Below are positions 52,501-61,396 of a stretch of 64,000 nucleotides of DNA, piece by piece. The stretch is taken from NCBI GenBank assembly GCA_000165345.1, contig CM000431.1, positions 128,001 to 192,000 on the forward strand, given 5' to 3'. The notes under the pieces are model-generated. The model saw only the letters and a list, made by a program, of their open reading frames with translations, was not told the origin of the DNA and made no database searches. Positions within the stretch are counted from its first letter, which is position 1; each line of letters opens with the position of its first letter. Made by a program: the position numbers and the translations under genes.

Positions 52501-53851
52501 TTTCAATAGAAACCATATGAAAAAGAAGATGGGAAAATTACATGATAGATTCTTGAGTGGATTTGATGTAGAGATTAGAAAAGGAATGATAACAGCTTTA
52601 TCAGCAATATATACTAACTTTGGGGATTCTGGTCCTCCTCCAAAGGTAAGAACAGTACTTGGATCAAATCAAGTAGGGTCAGGTTCAGCCCCAATAACTG
52701 ATAGAAACACTCCATGGGGTCATGCAAATGCAAATGGAGATGTAAGTACTGGAGATGAGTATTCGTGCGAGGAAGGAACAAAACTTACTCAAATAACTAT
52801 GGCTTATAAGAGGAACTCTATAGAACAGAAACAAGAATTAATAGGTTTGAGGATTACTTGTAATGATGAAGATTATGAGCAAGTTGGAATGTGGGATGTT
52901 TCAGATAATAATTATATTCTTGTAGAGGAAACCTTTGGACTGAGGGAAAAAGAGTTTATAATAGCGATAGGAGGAACCAGGATTGATAAGACTCATAGTA
53001 TAGGAAAACTCTATTTTGAGACAAATCTTCTAAGACAGTTTGGGGAATGGCAGCATTATTATGTGGAGGCAAAAACAAGAGGAGATGGGTTGTATGGATT
53101 TGAATTGTTATTTGAGAAGACAGGAGATTATACAACTCCAATAGCAATGCTATTACCATTGTTCAGACCAACTTCAATGGATACAAGGAGTGAAGATTTG
53201 GAAGAGAAGAAATATAAATCTCCATTTGAATTACCAAAAGCAGTAGCAGAGTCATCAGAGGAAGCAAATGAGCAAGAAATGAGAGGAATGTTAAGTTCTC
53301 CAACAATTGTTACAGATTGGATTGGATTGGACATTGGAAGCTTAGAGATGGATGGAATTTGGTGTAAGACTTCAAGGCTAAAGTTGGATGGAAGAATGAC
53401 TTGGGAAGATTGGAGGAACTCAAGAATGACAGGATTGAGAGTATATAATGATGGAGACCACATTAAAGGAATAGCTCTTCAATGTGGGAATTCTTGGTTA
53501 GAGGAGGCAAATCTTGGTCTAGTTGGCCCGAAGTTCCATTTTGATGAAATTAGTGATTGTTTGGAGAGTGATGCTGATTATATAGAGAATATTGAAGTTG
53601 CTATTGATTCTAGAGGTATTCCGGCAGGGTTTAAAGTATTTAGCCACGTTAAGAGGCAGAAGAAAGTTTTAATTAATAATAATTCTATGGTGACTTGGCA
53701 ATCAAATGTTCCAGATTCAGGAAATCACTATGCTTCAGGCATTCATGTTGAATACGACCCTGATACTAATATTATATTCAGAGTTAGAATAGTCTATCGT
53801 CCAATTTCAATTGCAGAAGACCCTGAGGAAAATGTCGGGTTTATATTTTAA
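49529..53851 (+). CDS. Large (1440 aa) secreted protein made of about 8 copies of an unrecognised ~150-aa module marked by a Cys-bracketed hairpin C-x2-G-x2-[IL]-T-G-[LI]-R ... [IL]-x-G-[LI]-x-[IL]-x-C.
   Basis: A signal-peptide-like ALFLAFLIIFIGG follows the internal Met. Repeated segments: CKPYESLIGIRAWF..LRGIQFLC; CDGKITGLQGFF..LVGIKVEC; CPTGVPLTGLRLIM..YLVSLSIQC; CPPGIPITAVRMWF..LVGLRIRC; CAPGSRLTGLLVHT..IIGLTLIC; CEEGTKLTQITMAY..LIGLRITC; CKTSRLKLDGRMTW..IKGIALQC. Cys spacing is 23-36 aa. Confidence 0.6.
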   Translation: MRKSEKCRKEIMKALFLAFLIIFIGGWGGGKLVRVESLKTSAKRYQERERVPSRLPPPREEPPVFQRYLYSYPKDYGYYFFNRISDSNYWDRINGENKQIPIEGWQWDNTSNNWLWGPLRNQDGTPLLPLSPELEAPRAYVGPTRIYGPIQVDDLPIPRVLDIICKPYESLIGIRAWFPNPESKGRKDLRGIQFLCSSPLDTRVKGGSKHSTWSRIMGNVGPNLKKYTVLTRPEDPFVKIRVFVETLNPVKHQSQRELVIPTYQGPRLVYIDNQEEALEKGPIYLIRRITLRTKNNHLSFLGKAGGNLPSVVESAPEGYELSGFRILISGYPRSKWRGADFSTLAYRNSISLGFLFSKTEDILSRPQVIYGRRGYDFQDIKCDGKITGLQGFFMGNRGLVGIKVECDRVWQEVILGITEGTDYKALVGSMISAVTLHLSPEKFIQSLVVFSTTGRQQKLGDDWVTPTIRSSKSEGGGRGKILQGIFAELDKTGAISGIGFHWKKPPKPGQAGDREDYGNLEVSESPLEGGDTGSLGNSSKKEIVPRSSFYGRVAKDCPILETKCPTGVPLTGLRLIMRKGETQPKPFKMYLVSLSIQCGDEFFKPVGNPNLIEAGKKRTYDILIHEEDPVVDFRVYLGDLGLPHLFDLRFKHDVLSSYELYGFRVAMMIRSERIGAIAPLYRVATPIDLPPITAKDISIRLFGAVRPESDPDVVVLETSCPPGIPITAVRMWFVRKIEGNNVFSRLVGLRIRCGSKWRKTKLGSSMGDRFEAEVESGDFFSRSFVENQSEKPFYVSGIMLVTLENRKSSFGETGTEIMKKLASGDVESEIYGFIGQETPEGLVSIGFLERKANYDDYPTFNDIEVAPYQVSASDIQGESEGSLNEEKLIESGIVNFRPGEEWFGRRGLGGSHAEETFCAPGSRLTGLLVHTSTKIPHSIIGLTLICDGKPLNPVGSTLGDIARYEIPMNEPIEKVEVVLNKEDRSLSRLKLFNRNHMKKKMGKLHDRFLSGFDVEIRKGMITALSAIYTNFGDSGPPPKVRTVLGSNQVGSGSAPITDRNTPWGHANANGDVSTGDEYSCEEGTKLTQITMAYKRNSIEQKQELIGLRITCNDEDYEQVGMWDVSDNNYILVEETFGLREKEFIIAIGGTRIDKTHSIGKLYFETNLLRQFGEWQHYYVEAKTRGDGLYGFELLFEKTGDYTTPIAMLLPLFRPTSMDTRSEDLEEKKYKSPFELPKAVAESSEEANEQEMRGMLSSPTIVTDWIGLDIGSLEMDGIWCKTSRLKLDGRMTWEDWRNSRMTGLRVYNDGDHIKGIALQCGNSWLEEANLGLVGPKFHFDEISDCLESDADYIENIEVAIDSRGIPAGFKVFSHVKRQKKVLINNNSMVTWQSNVPDSGNHYASGIHVEYDPDTNIIFRVRIVYRPISIAEDPEENVGFIF

Positions 53852-54377
53852 TAGAGGTTTAGTAATCTTTTGCTAAGGGAGAATGAAAGAAAGAAAGAGG
53901 AGGGAAAATAGAGGTACAAAATTGAGACATGGTGGAATTGAATTGATTTTGTTCTGTATTTTGTACTATGGATGACCAATTTGGTCCAAATAGGTGAATA
54001 CTCTAACTGGCGCGCATTTCCTGCTATTTGCATATATGCATGCATGTATGGACTTGTAAGTACATATTTTCTCTTATCCTTATAATACTTGCTAGTATGG
54101 TTATGTATTATTTATTTTTAAGGTTATATATTTATATTTAATTTTAATTTTGGTTTTATATGTTTTTTTTCCTATTTGCATCATAAATATATGTGAAAAA
54201 GGAGTGCTAATAATATCGTTAGTAGTAGGTAGTAGATAAGGGAGAGGGGGGAGAAATCGGTTTTGACAATTTCATAAGAAAAAAAAAAAAGAAAATCAGG
54301 CCATGCATTAAATACTTGACTTTATTCAGTCAGTAAAGCCTATTGTATGTTCTAGTTTGGTATTTTTTCAAAAAGAG

Positions 54378-54450
54378 CTCCGACGCCGGGAATCGAACCC
54401 GGGTCGCATGGGTGAGAGCCATGTATCCTAGCCGACTAGACTACGTCGGA
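54378..54450 (-). tRNA. tRNA-Glu(CUC): tRNA-Glu (anticodon CUC).
   Basis: Reverse complement: TCCGACGTAGTCTAGTCGGCTAGGATACATGGCTCTCACCCATGCGACCCGGGTTCGATTCCCGGCGTCGGAG. It has a 7-bp acceptor stem, an anticodon stem CATGG/CCATG with loop CTCTCAC (anticodon CTC), and T-arm CCGGG-TTCGATT-CCCGG. It closely resembles the eukaryotic tRNA-Glu-CTC consensus. A T5 run follows the 3' end on the minus strand (Pol III terminator). Confidence 0.9.
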
Positions 54451-54540
54451 ATTCGAGGTACCCATTATTTTAATTAGTATAGTTGAAATATCATGATGTC
54501 TACTTAGGCGGTAAATTTCTGCAAGTTATATAAAAATTTT

Positions 54541-54566
54541 ACTACCTCTAGAGAAAGAGGTAGTAG
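54541..54566. other. Perfect 10-bp inverted repeat (hairpin) TACTACCTCT-agagaa-AGAGGTAGTA, about 90 bp upstream of the tRNA-Glu 5' end.
   Basis: tactacctctagagaaagaggtagta. The arms are exact reverse complements. Confidence 0.5.
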
Positions 54567-55184
54567 GCGGGAAGTACTAAAGGCTTAGAATGACAATATT
54601 AAAATGCTGAATAAAACTTAGCAAATAGGGAAGAAAAAAAGAAGGAAAAAAAAATTGAAAAAAAACATTAAAGAATTTAAATATACAGAATTGACCTTTA
54701 GAGTCAAGACTTAAATATCTCTAGTGGTTGATTAAGAAAATATTGGTATAGACGCTATTACTTGGAATAAATAAAATTAAGGAATATATCTATATGTATC
54801 TACTCGTTTAAATTTAAGAGTTTAGAGCATTATATAGAATTAATTTAAGTTTCATTTTTTTTTTGGTAATAGGCTAACAAAACGATAAAGAGATTATTAT
54901 TAATTTATTTGAAAGAAAAAAAAGTACTTAATACAAAGAAGAAATTTGGATTTTATACTTGAAGGACATTTATTCAAAGTTTTGTTTGGACATTAATTAA
55001 TATTTTAAGATAAGTAGTAATAAGTTTATAATTGATACTGGTTGGATAAATTTATGTAATAATAGAGGAAAGAGAAGGGTATTTAAAGCAAATCAATAGA
55101 GAATATTTTATTTCAGTTTAATATTAATAATAAAAGAAAATTTCCTTTAATTATCAAACAGTGAATAATAAAGTTTAGATATTA

Positions 55185-56276
55185 ATGGAGCAAAATTCAA
55201 TTGTTCCATACCACAATGGAAGGAACTATCCTGAATATGGCCAGTTAACAAATTATTATCCTAATAATACAAATAATAATGGGAATGATTCAAAGTCTGC
55301 TCCATATGAGATTCCGGGATGTCCAGTTTTCAGTGTTTTCATAGCGACAGTTGTTGGTATTTTATGGCTCTTCTTTGCATTAACATTACCAGCATACCAT
55401 TATGCAAGAGTAGTTTTTCCAATAGATAATTATATTGACTTAAATTTCGGATTATGGACAGTACATGTTTCTTCAAACTGCGATTCATTCGTTAGTTTTG
55501 ACGCAAATAAGAAGATGTGTAGATTTATAGTTTCAAGAATGGATAATTTAAGTATTTCAGATGCTACAAACTTTATTTGTAGTCTTGAAGCTGGTACATT
55601 ACAACTTTTAAATCTTGGTTGTAATAAATTCCACTTGTTAAGAATTGGTTCATCAGTTATCATGACAATGTTTATTTTATCAATCATATTACTATTCTTT
55701 GCAGCAATCTTTTTATTAACATTTTGGTTCTGTTATCGTACAAGACGTGTGAGACAAAGTATATTTATGCTTCATTTCATTTCAGCATTAACATGCGTTC
55801 TTGGTATTGTTGGATATCTTCTTGTTGGTGGTCTTACTATACAGCCATTTAGAGATTCTTCAATGTTTGGAATAGGTAGTAGTATGTTTGCAAGACTATT
55901 CTTTGTTGATATTTCAAGAACATTTGATTTGTCAACAGGTTTTGCTTTTGCTGCTTTTGGAATGATTTGGATTGTTTTATTACCTTTATGGTCAGTTTGT
56001 GCATTACCATCAGATATTTGTGTGGATGCTATTGAAGTTATTGAGGATACAACATACGAGGAGGAAGAGTTAAAGAAGCTTTTGGGTTATTCAGGACTTT
56101 TTGGACAAAACTATGGTAATGAACAGTCTGCTGCTAATAACTCTTATTATTATCAGAATAATCAAAACCAGAATTATTATAATCATCAATATCCTCAATA
56201 TTATCAGGGCCAACAGAATCATAATCCATATGGGCAACAATATCCTTATTACAATCAACAATATAGAGGTTATTAG
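55185..56276 (+). CDS. Tetraspan (4-TM) membrane protein with a Cys-containing extracellular loop and a Q/N/Y-rich prion-like C-terminal tail.
   Basis: 363 aa. Helices: VFSVFIATVVGILWLFFAL, VIMTMFILSIILLFFAAIFLLTFWF, FISALTCVLGIVGYLLVGGL, AFAAFGMIWIVLLPLWSV. A loop carries 4 Cys. The tail reads NNSYYYQNNQNQNYYNHQYPQYYQGQQNHNPYGQQYPYYNQQYRGY. Confidence 0.5.
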   Translation: MEQNSIVPYHNGRNYPEYGQLTNYYPNNTNNNGNDSKSAPYEIPGCPVFSVFIATVVGILWLFFALTLPAYHYARVVFPIDNYIDLNFGLWTVHVSSNCDSFVSFDANKKMCRFIVSRMDNLSISDATNFICSLEAGTLQLLNLGCNKFHLLRIGSSVIMTMFILSIILLFFAAIFLLTFWFCYRTRRVRQSIFMLHFISALTCVLGIVGYLLVGGLTIQPFRDSSMFGIGSSMFARLFFVDISRTFDLSTGFAFAAFGMIWIVLLPLWSVCALPSDICVDAIEVIEDTTYEEEELKKLLGYSGLFGQNYGNEQSAANNSYYYQNNQNQNYYNHQYPQYYQGQQNHNPYGQQYPYYNQQYRGY

Positions 56277-56389
56277 TTGCAATTTATTTTAACCAAGTAA
56301 TTTGGACATTAAGGTTTCTATTTTTTCAAGGCAAGGCAATTTCTTTCTTTAAAAAGAGAATGTTGCAGCAAAAATTCCGTCTTTACTAT

Positions 56390-57660
56390 GATTCCTACTA
56401 CTTTATTACCACTACTTTTACTACCACTAATATTACTGTTACTACTACTACTACTANTACTAATANTANTATTATTATTATTATTGGTAATACTANTTTC
56501 AANACTATTACCAATGATAATTCAACAAATAGCNTCAGCTGTTTATAGTATTAATATTANTTCAAANCTTTTAATTCCATTNNCANCCATTTTNATCCAT
56601 TNCATTCTCTCTATTCCCCTCTCAANAAGTGGATTTATGTAATAACTTTAATAAGTTCGTTATATATCGAAANATAAATGTGTATAATCNTTGTACTATT
56701 GTTCGAGCATATTAGCAAGAATTATATTAAACTGGAAGAGAAATAGTAGAAGAAGAAAGTANGNATAGAGAATGAGTTAGAATTTGATAGTATGTCCAAG
56801 ATTTAGTTTATATTTCTATATTATACAANTAAAATCTATGAATTTTACTAGTTATTTTTTCTANGNTTATAGTTATTTTAAAGTTAAAATAAAATCTTTT
56901 ACTTGAAAATTTTAACATATCTCATATATTCTATTTGTTTTATNCACNAGATTTACTTTCTNATGTTATATTACTANTCAATTTTTGAAAATGCGAATAT
57001 TNTATTNGATACATGCGATTTGCATGCATCCACATAAATTCNCGNNATACCGTTTAAAGAAATATGGTAATTACGTGTCAATTTTTCTNTTTGAATAATN
57101 TTAATGGTATTTTTAATAGTATTANTATAANTAGTAGAAATTGTATTAAAAATTAGAAATGTTAGTGTGAATAAAGATATTAATANATTATTATTAGTAG
57201 AAATAAGTGGAAAACAAATAGTACTAAAATTGTAATTATTCNGATTAAAATAGTTTTTTTTTTTANTTTTTTAAATAAATAAAAAAACTTAAGTTAAATA
57301 TTAGATTTAATAATTAAATAAATGGGGTGGATACATATAATTTTANTNTTTCTAATCAATAATTTAATGATTAAGNACATGNAAATAAGTGTAGGTTATT
57401 TATTGATTANATTAAATTNTTTNGATAGTTNTTATNTTCANTTCCTNNNNNNANGNNTCTTTAGTAATTGATTTCCAGAAGAGATTTCCTGAAGTTGGAG
57501 TGTTNCGAAAATCTTGATAATTATGGACTCATAGTNCTNTNNTNNNNANTANTATNATTANNATTATCGNCAATATNNTCANGATTNNCCNNCTGTTNNN
57601 GCTCGNATNACNGTNGGTANAACTATTGNCTTNANNTNCATNTNNNANNNGTATATTTAC
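56390..57660. repeat. Low-complexity TAC/ATT microsatellite region containing many N characters (unresolved or low-quality assembly stretch).
   Basis: (tac)n/(att)n runs such as ctactactactantactaatantantattattattatt. Scattered N positions run from about 56457 to 57660, and dense N runs at 57447-57460 and 57540-57650. Confidence 0.7.
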
Positions 57661-59701
57661 AGTATTAGCAGTATCCTCAACTCCAAGTGAACTAACAGCT
57701 AAAGTTGTGGAAAGTCTTAAAATTTCATTTGGATTATTAGAAGCAGTTTCCAATTTAATATATGCAAATAATGAGATATTACTTTGTACTAGATCAATAT
57801 CAATAATAATTTGATTTTTATTTAAAGGAAATAATTCAATTGGAATTTTAAATTTTGAAATAGTACCTACAAAATCATTACTTTTCTTTTTATTTACTAT
57901 TTTATTTTCTCCAATTAATCCTTCTTGATTATTGAAATATTTTTTTATGTTAGTTTGTATAGTTGTAGTTTTTTTATTATTTACATTAATAGCTTTATTA
58001 ATTCCATCTAAAGTAGCTTCCATAAATAATGGTAATTTATTTGTATTCGTATTATGACTAATATGTGGAGCTATATCATCTAATAATTTATTTACCAAAA
58101 TAATTTCGTCTTCATTTAATATTAGAATATATCTCTGTGTTCCATCTTCACTTGATGTTATATTATACATGATAAGATAATTATCTAAATCAAAAGAAAT
58201 TTGTTCTTGTTTTGTTGTGTTAATACTTTCAAGTTTTTGATTATTATAATGGTCATCAATTAAAATATGATGACGTTTTTTATGTGGATTTTTTGTATTG
58301 ATTCCAGTATTATTTACTGAATTTATTTTCATTTGATCTTGATTGGATTGTTCTTCTATTTCATTTTGATTATTTTTTATGATCGTAGAGTTGTTTGAAT
58401 CATTAGTAGTATTTGAAAGAATAGTATTATTAAAGTTATCAAATTGTGTAGAATTTTCTGTAATATTTGTTATAAAGTTTGATTCTTTGAAATATTCCTC
58501 AGTATTATTGTTTAAAGATAAGGCATCTTTTGTTTGATTGGTTACTTTTTCCTGTAAATCTTTGATTTGAAGAAATTCTGAATTTGTTTGAGTATTTTTG
58601 TCCAAGGGTATTCCTCCATTGATCAAATTTCCAATATTTGCAGGAATGGTCGTATTTGCGGTAAAGTTACCAGTTGAAGAGCTTGAATCTTTGATTTCAA
58701 TTTTTTCTTCTTGTTTGTCCTTATTTTCTTTTTTCTCACCCTCCTTTTCTTTCTCACCCTTTTCTTTTCTTTTCATCCTCTTTTTCGGTCTTCTTCTTTT
58801 CTTCTACCTTTTCGTCCATCTCTTTTTTATCCTTTTCTTCCTCCGTTTTCTTTTCGTACTTCTTTTCATTCTCTGCCATCTTTTTATCCTCCACCTTCTT
58901 TTCGTCCTTTTCATTCTCTGTCTTCTTTTCATCTTTCTTTTCATTCTCTGTCTTCTTTTCTTCATCCGTTTTCTTTTCTTCCTCCGTTTTCTTTTCGTCC
59001 TTTTCATTCTCTGCCATCTTTTCATCCTCCACCTTCTTTTCGTCCTTTTCATTATCTGTCTTCTTTTCTTCATCCGTTTTCTTTTCGTCCTTTTCATTCT
59101 CTGCCATCTTTTCATCCTCCACCTTCTTTTTGTACTTTTCATTCTCTGTCTTCTTTCCTTCCTCTACCTTCTTTTTTCTCTCCTTTTCTTCCTCCATTTT
59201 CTTTTCGTCCTTCTCCTTTTCGTCCTTCTTTTCATTCTCTGTCTTCTTTTCATCATCTGTCTTCTTTTCGCTCTTCTCTTTCTCCTTCCCTTGTATTGGG
59301 TTGTATATCTCACTATGTAAATCTATATTTGCAGAATTTTTGATTTCATTTCTCTGATTATTTCTCAGTGATAGTTTTGCCTTAGAAATTGAGGAAGACT
59401 CAGAAATTTGTGTAGAATTATCGTTACTAATCAATGAAAATTCTGTCTTAATATTTAAAACTACTCCCTGTTGTATATTGCTTTTCAACTTTAATATTCT
59501 TCCACTGCATGATTCTCCTATTGTATTAATTTCACAAACTTGATCATTATTTTGCTTTTGAGAATTTTCAATCTCAGCTATTTGATCTTCTGCTAAAATC
59601 TCATAATTCTCCAATCTAACGCTTTCTGATAACCAAACAAAGCTAAATATTACTAAAATAGGAAGAAATAATCTTCCAAACTTAATTATATGCATTTTCA
59701 T
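57529..59701 (-). CDS. Secreted protein with a signal peptide, KE-rich 15-aa tandem repeats and an N/T/S-rich C-terminal region. It is split by an apparent frameshift near 58754-58776, and its 3' end runs into the N-containing gap.
   Basis: Track ORFs 58754..59701(-) and 57529..58776(-) are adjacent, overlap by 23 nt in different frames and share composition (..KKTEKEDEKKRKG* / MKRKEKGEKEKEGEKKENKDK..). The N-terminal MKMHIIKFGRLFLPILVIFSFVWLSESV is a signal peptide. The shift lies in gaaaagaaaagaaaaggg. The downstream ORF ends inside the N-rich region, so the true 3' end is unknown. Confidence 0.5.
58740..59285. repeat. Coding tandem repeat with a 45-bp unit in two alternating variants (90-bp super-unit), encoding EKKVEDEKMAENEKD / EKKTDEEKKTDNEKD on the minus strand.
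   Basis: Repeated ...cgtccttttcattctctgccatcttttcatcctccaccttctttt / cgtccttttcattatctgtcttcttttcttcatccgttttctttt... The plus-strand ORFs 58598..59320, 58711..59343 and 59130..59357, and the minus ORF 58804..59142, are alternate-frame artefacts of this repeat. Confidence 0.75.
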
Positions 59702-61396
59702 CTTTTTTTTTTTTTTTATTTAAATTTGATAAAATATTATTATTGTTATTTTGGTTTTACTATTATTTGTATTCAAATTAAATATTAATAATAATTAATA
59801 AATAAAAGATACCTTTCCTTCACTTTATTCGACTTAATGTGAGAACTTATTATTGCTTTACTACTTACAATGATTTTATTTGGAATTACTTCATTACTAA
59901 AGAGTAAAAATTTGTATTCTTCTTTACCATTAATCTATTTATTTATAATTATTATTGAATATTTTCTCTATATACTCAATGAATTCCTTATTTCAAATTC
60001 TCGATATTTATTGCATTTATAGATCTATGGCAAAATTATACACATTAGAATTTATAGTAAATAATTAAAAAAAAAAAGAATAAAAAAAAAATATATTTAA
60101 ATGTTTAACATTAATTTTATTGAAAATAAAAAATTCTTTACTAATCCATCATTTGCTTTCTATGTAGAATTAAATATACATATTTTCTACAAAATAACTC
60201 AATCTTAGATTATTAGTTTTCTTTAGAATAATTTATTGATACAACAAAAAATTTATTAATACAATTTGACTTTTTTTAAAAGAAATATTAAATCCCTCTA
60301 TTAATTTATTTTTATAATAAAGAGAAAATTAAAAAAAAAAAAAACTTTTTTCCACTATTTCTAATTTTACATGCATTTTAAGAAAGAAACCCGCCAAATC
60401 ATTTATTTTGAATTTTTATTTCTTTTTTTCCAAATTAATAATAGTAATTGTTATATTAATTAAAACAACTTTAATTATATATTTTTTTAAAAATTTCTTC
60501 ATCTCTTTTTTTCTTAAAAAAAAAGTAAAAATCTCGCTACTTTAATACTCAATTCTTAAAAAAGTGTATTAAACAAAAAATATTTACATAAATATATATA
60601 CAAATATAATATAAATATTTTTATTGCATAAATTAATGTCATTATTAAATATTATTTAATAATTTATAATTTGTAGTGTAAATTCATATAATAATATATT
60701 AATAATATTAATAATAATATAAACAACTTTAGATATTAATTAATTTGCACATTTTTACCGCCAAAACTACTTTTAAAATAATCAATATTTGCATGAGTAA
60801 TGTTTGTAAGGATTATTTATTATTATAATTTTTTTTCCTCAGCGGCTATAATAAAATTAAAGGAGAGTTATAATCAATTATATATTAATTAATAATAAAT
60901 ATAAACAAGAAATACCGTATATTATAAGTTGATTTATTGATAAGACAAAAAAAGAAAATAATAAAAGTTGAAGGAAAAGAAATAATAATAATAACAAACC
61001 AAGTTGACATTTCAAGACTCTAAAATAGTCAATATATTGGATGATATAAAATATTAGCAAATATAGAGGGGAAACAGAGAAATATATATAACCAAATAAA
61101 TCGCAATTTTGACAAATAGAAGTATTAAGGACTTAAAAATATTGTCAATTAATAGTTTGTAAAAAAAAAAAAAAAAGAAAGGAATCGTATGGTATTTGAA
61201 TAGAGTTAAAAATTGAATAATATTTAATATAGTCAAAATAATAAGAAGAAAACTTGATAAGAATCTAATCACAAGTAAATTTTTTTCAAAAATTTATATT
61301 TATTTATATATATGTAATTATATTTTAACATATATTTATATATATATTTAAATATAAATATATATCCAAAAATAAGACTGAAAAAAAAGATAAAAA

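Noticed and set aside
56360-56642. Plus-strand ORFs 56360..56548 and 56388..56642 (poly-T/poly-L with X residues)
   Set aside because: They lie entirely within the TAC/ATT microsatellite with N characters. They cannot be supported as genes.
58740-59285. A possible CRISPR-like array (regular 45-bp repeats)
   Set aside because: The repeats are directly adjacent with no unique spacers. They are in-frame and protein-coding, and the context is eukaryotic. No cas genes are present.
58598-59357. Plus-strand ORFs 58598..59320, 58711..59343 and 59130..59357 (poly-F/L/S translations) and minus ORF 58804..59142 (poly-K/R)
   Set aside because: They are alternate-frame or antisense artefacts of the 45-bp coding tandem repeat. 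The KE-rich minus-strand frame, continuous with a signal peptide, is the plausible coding frame.
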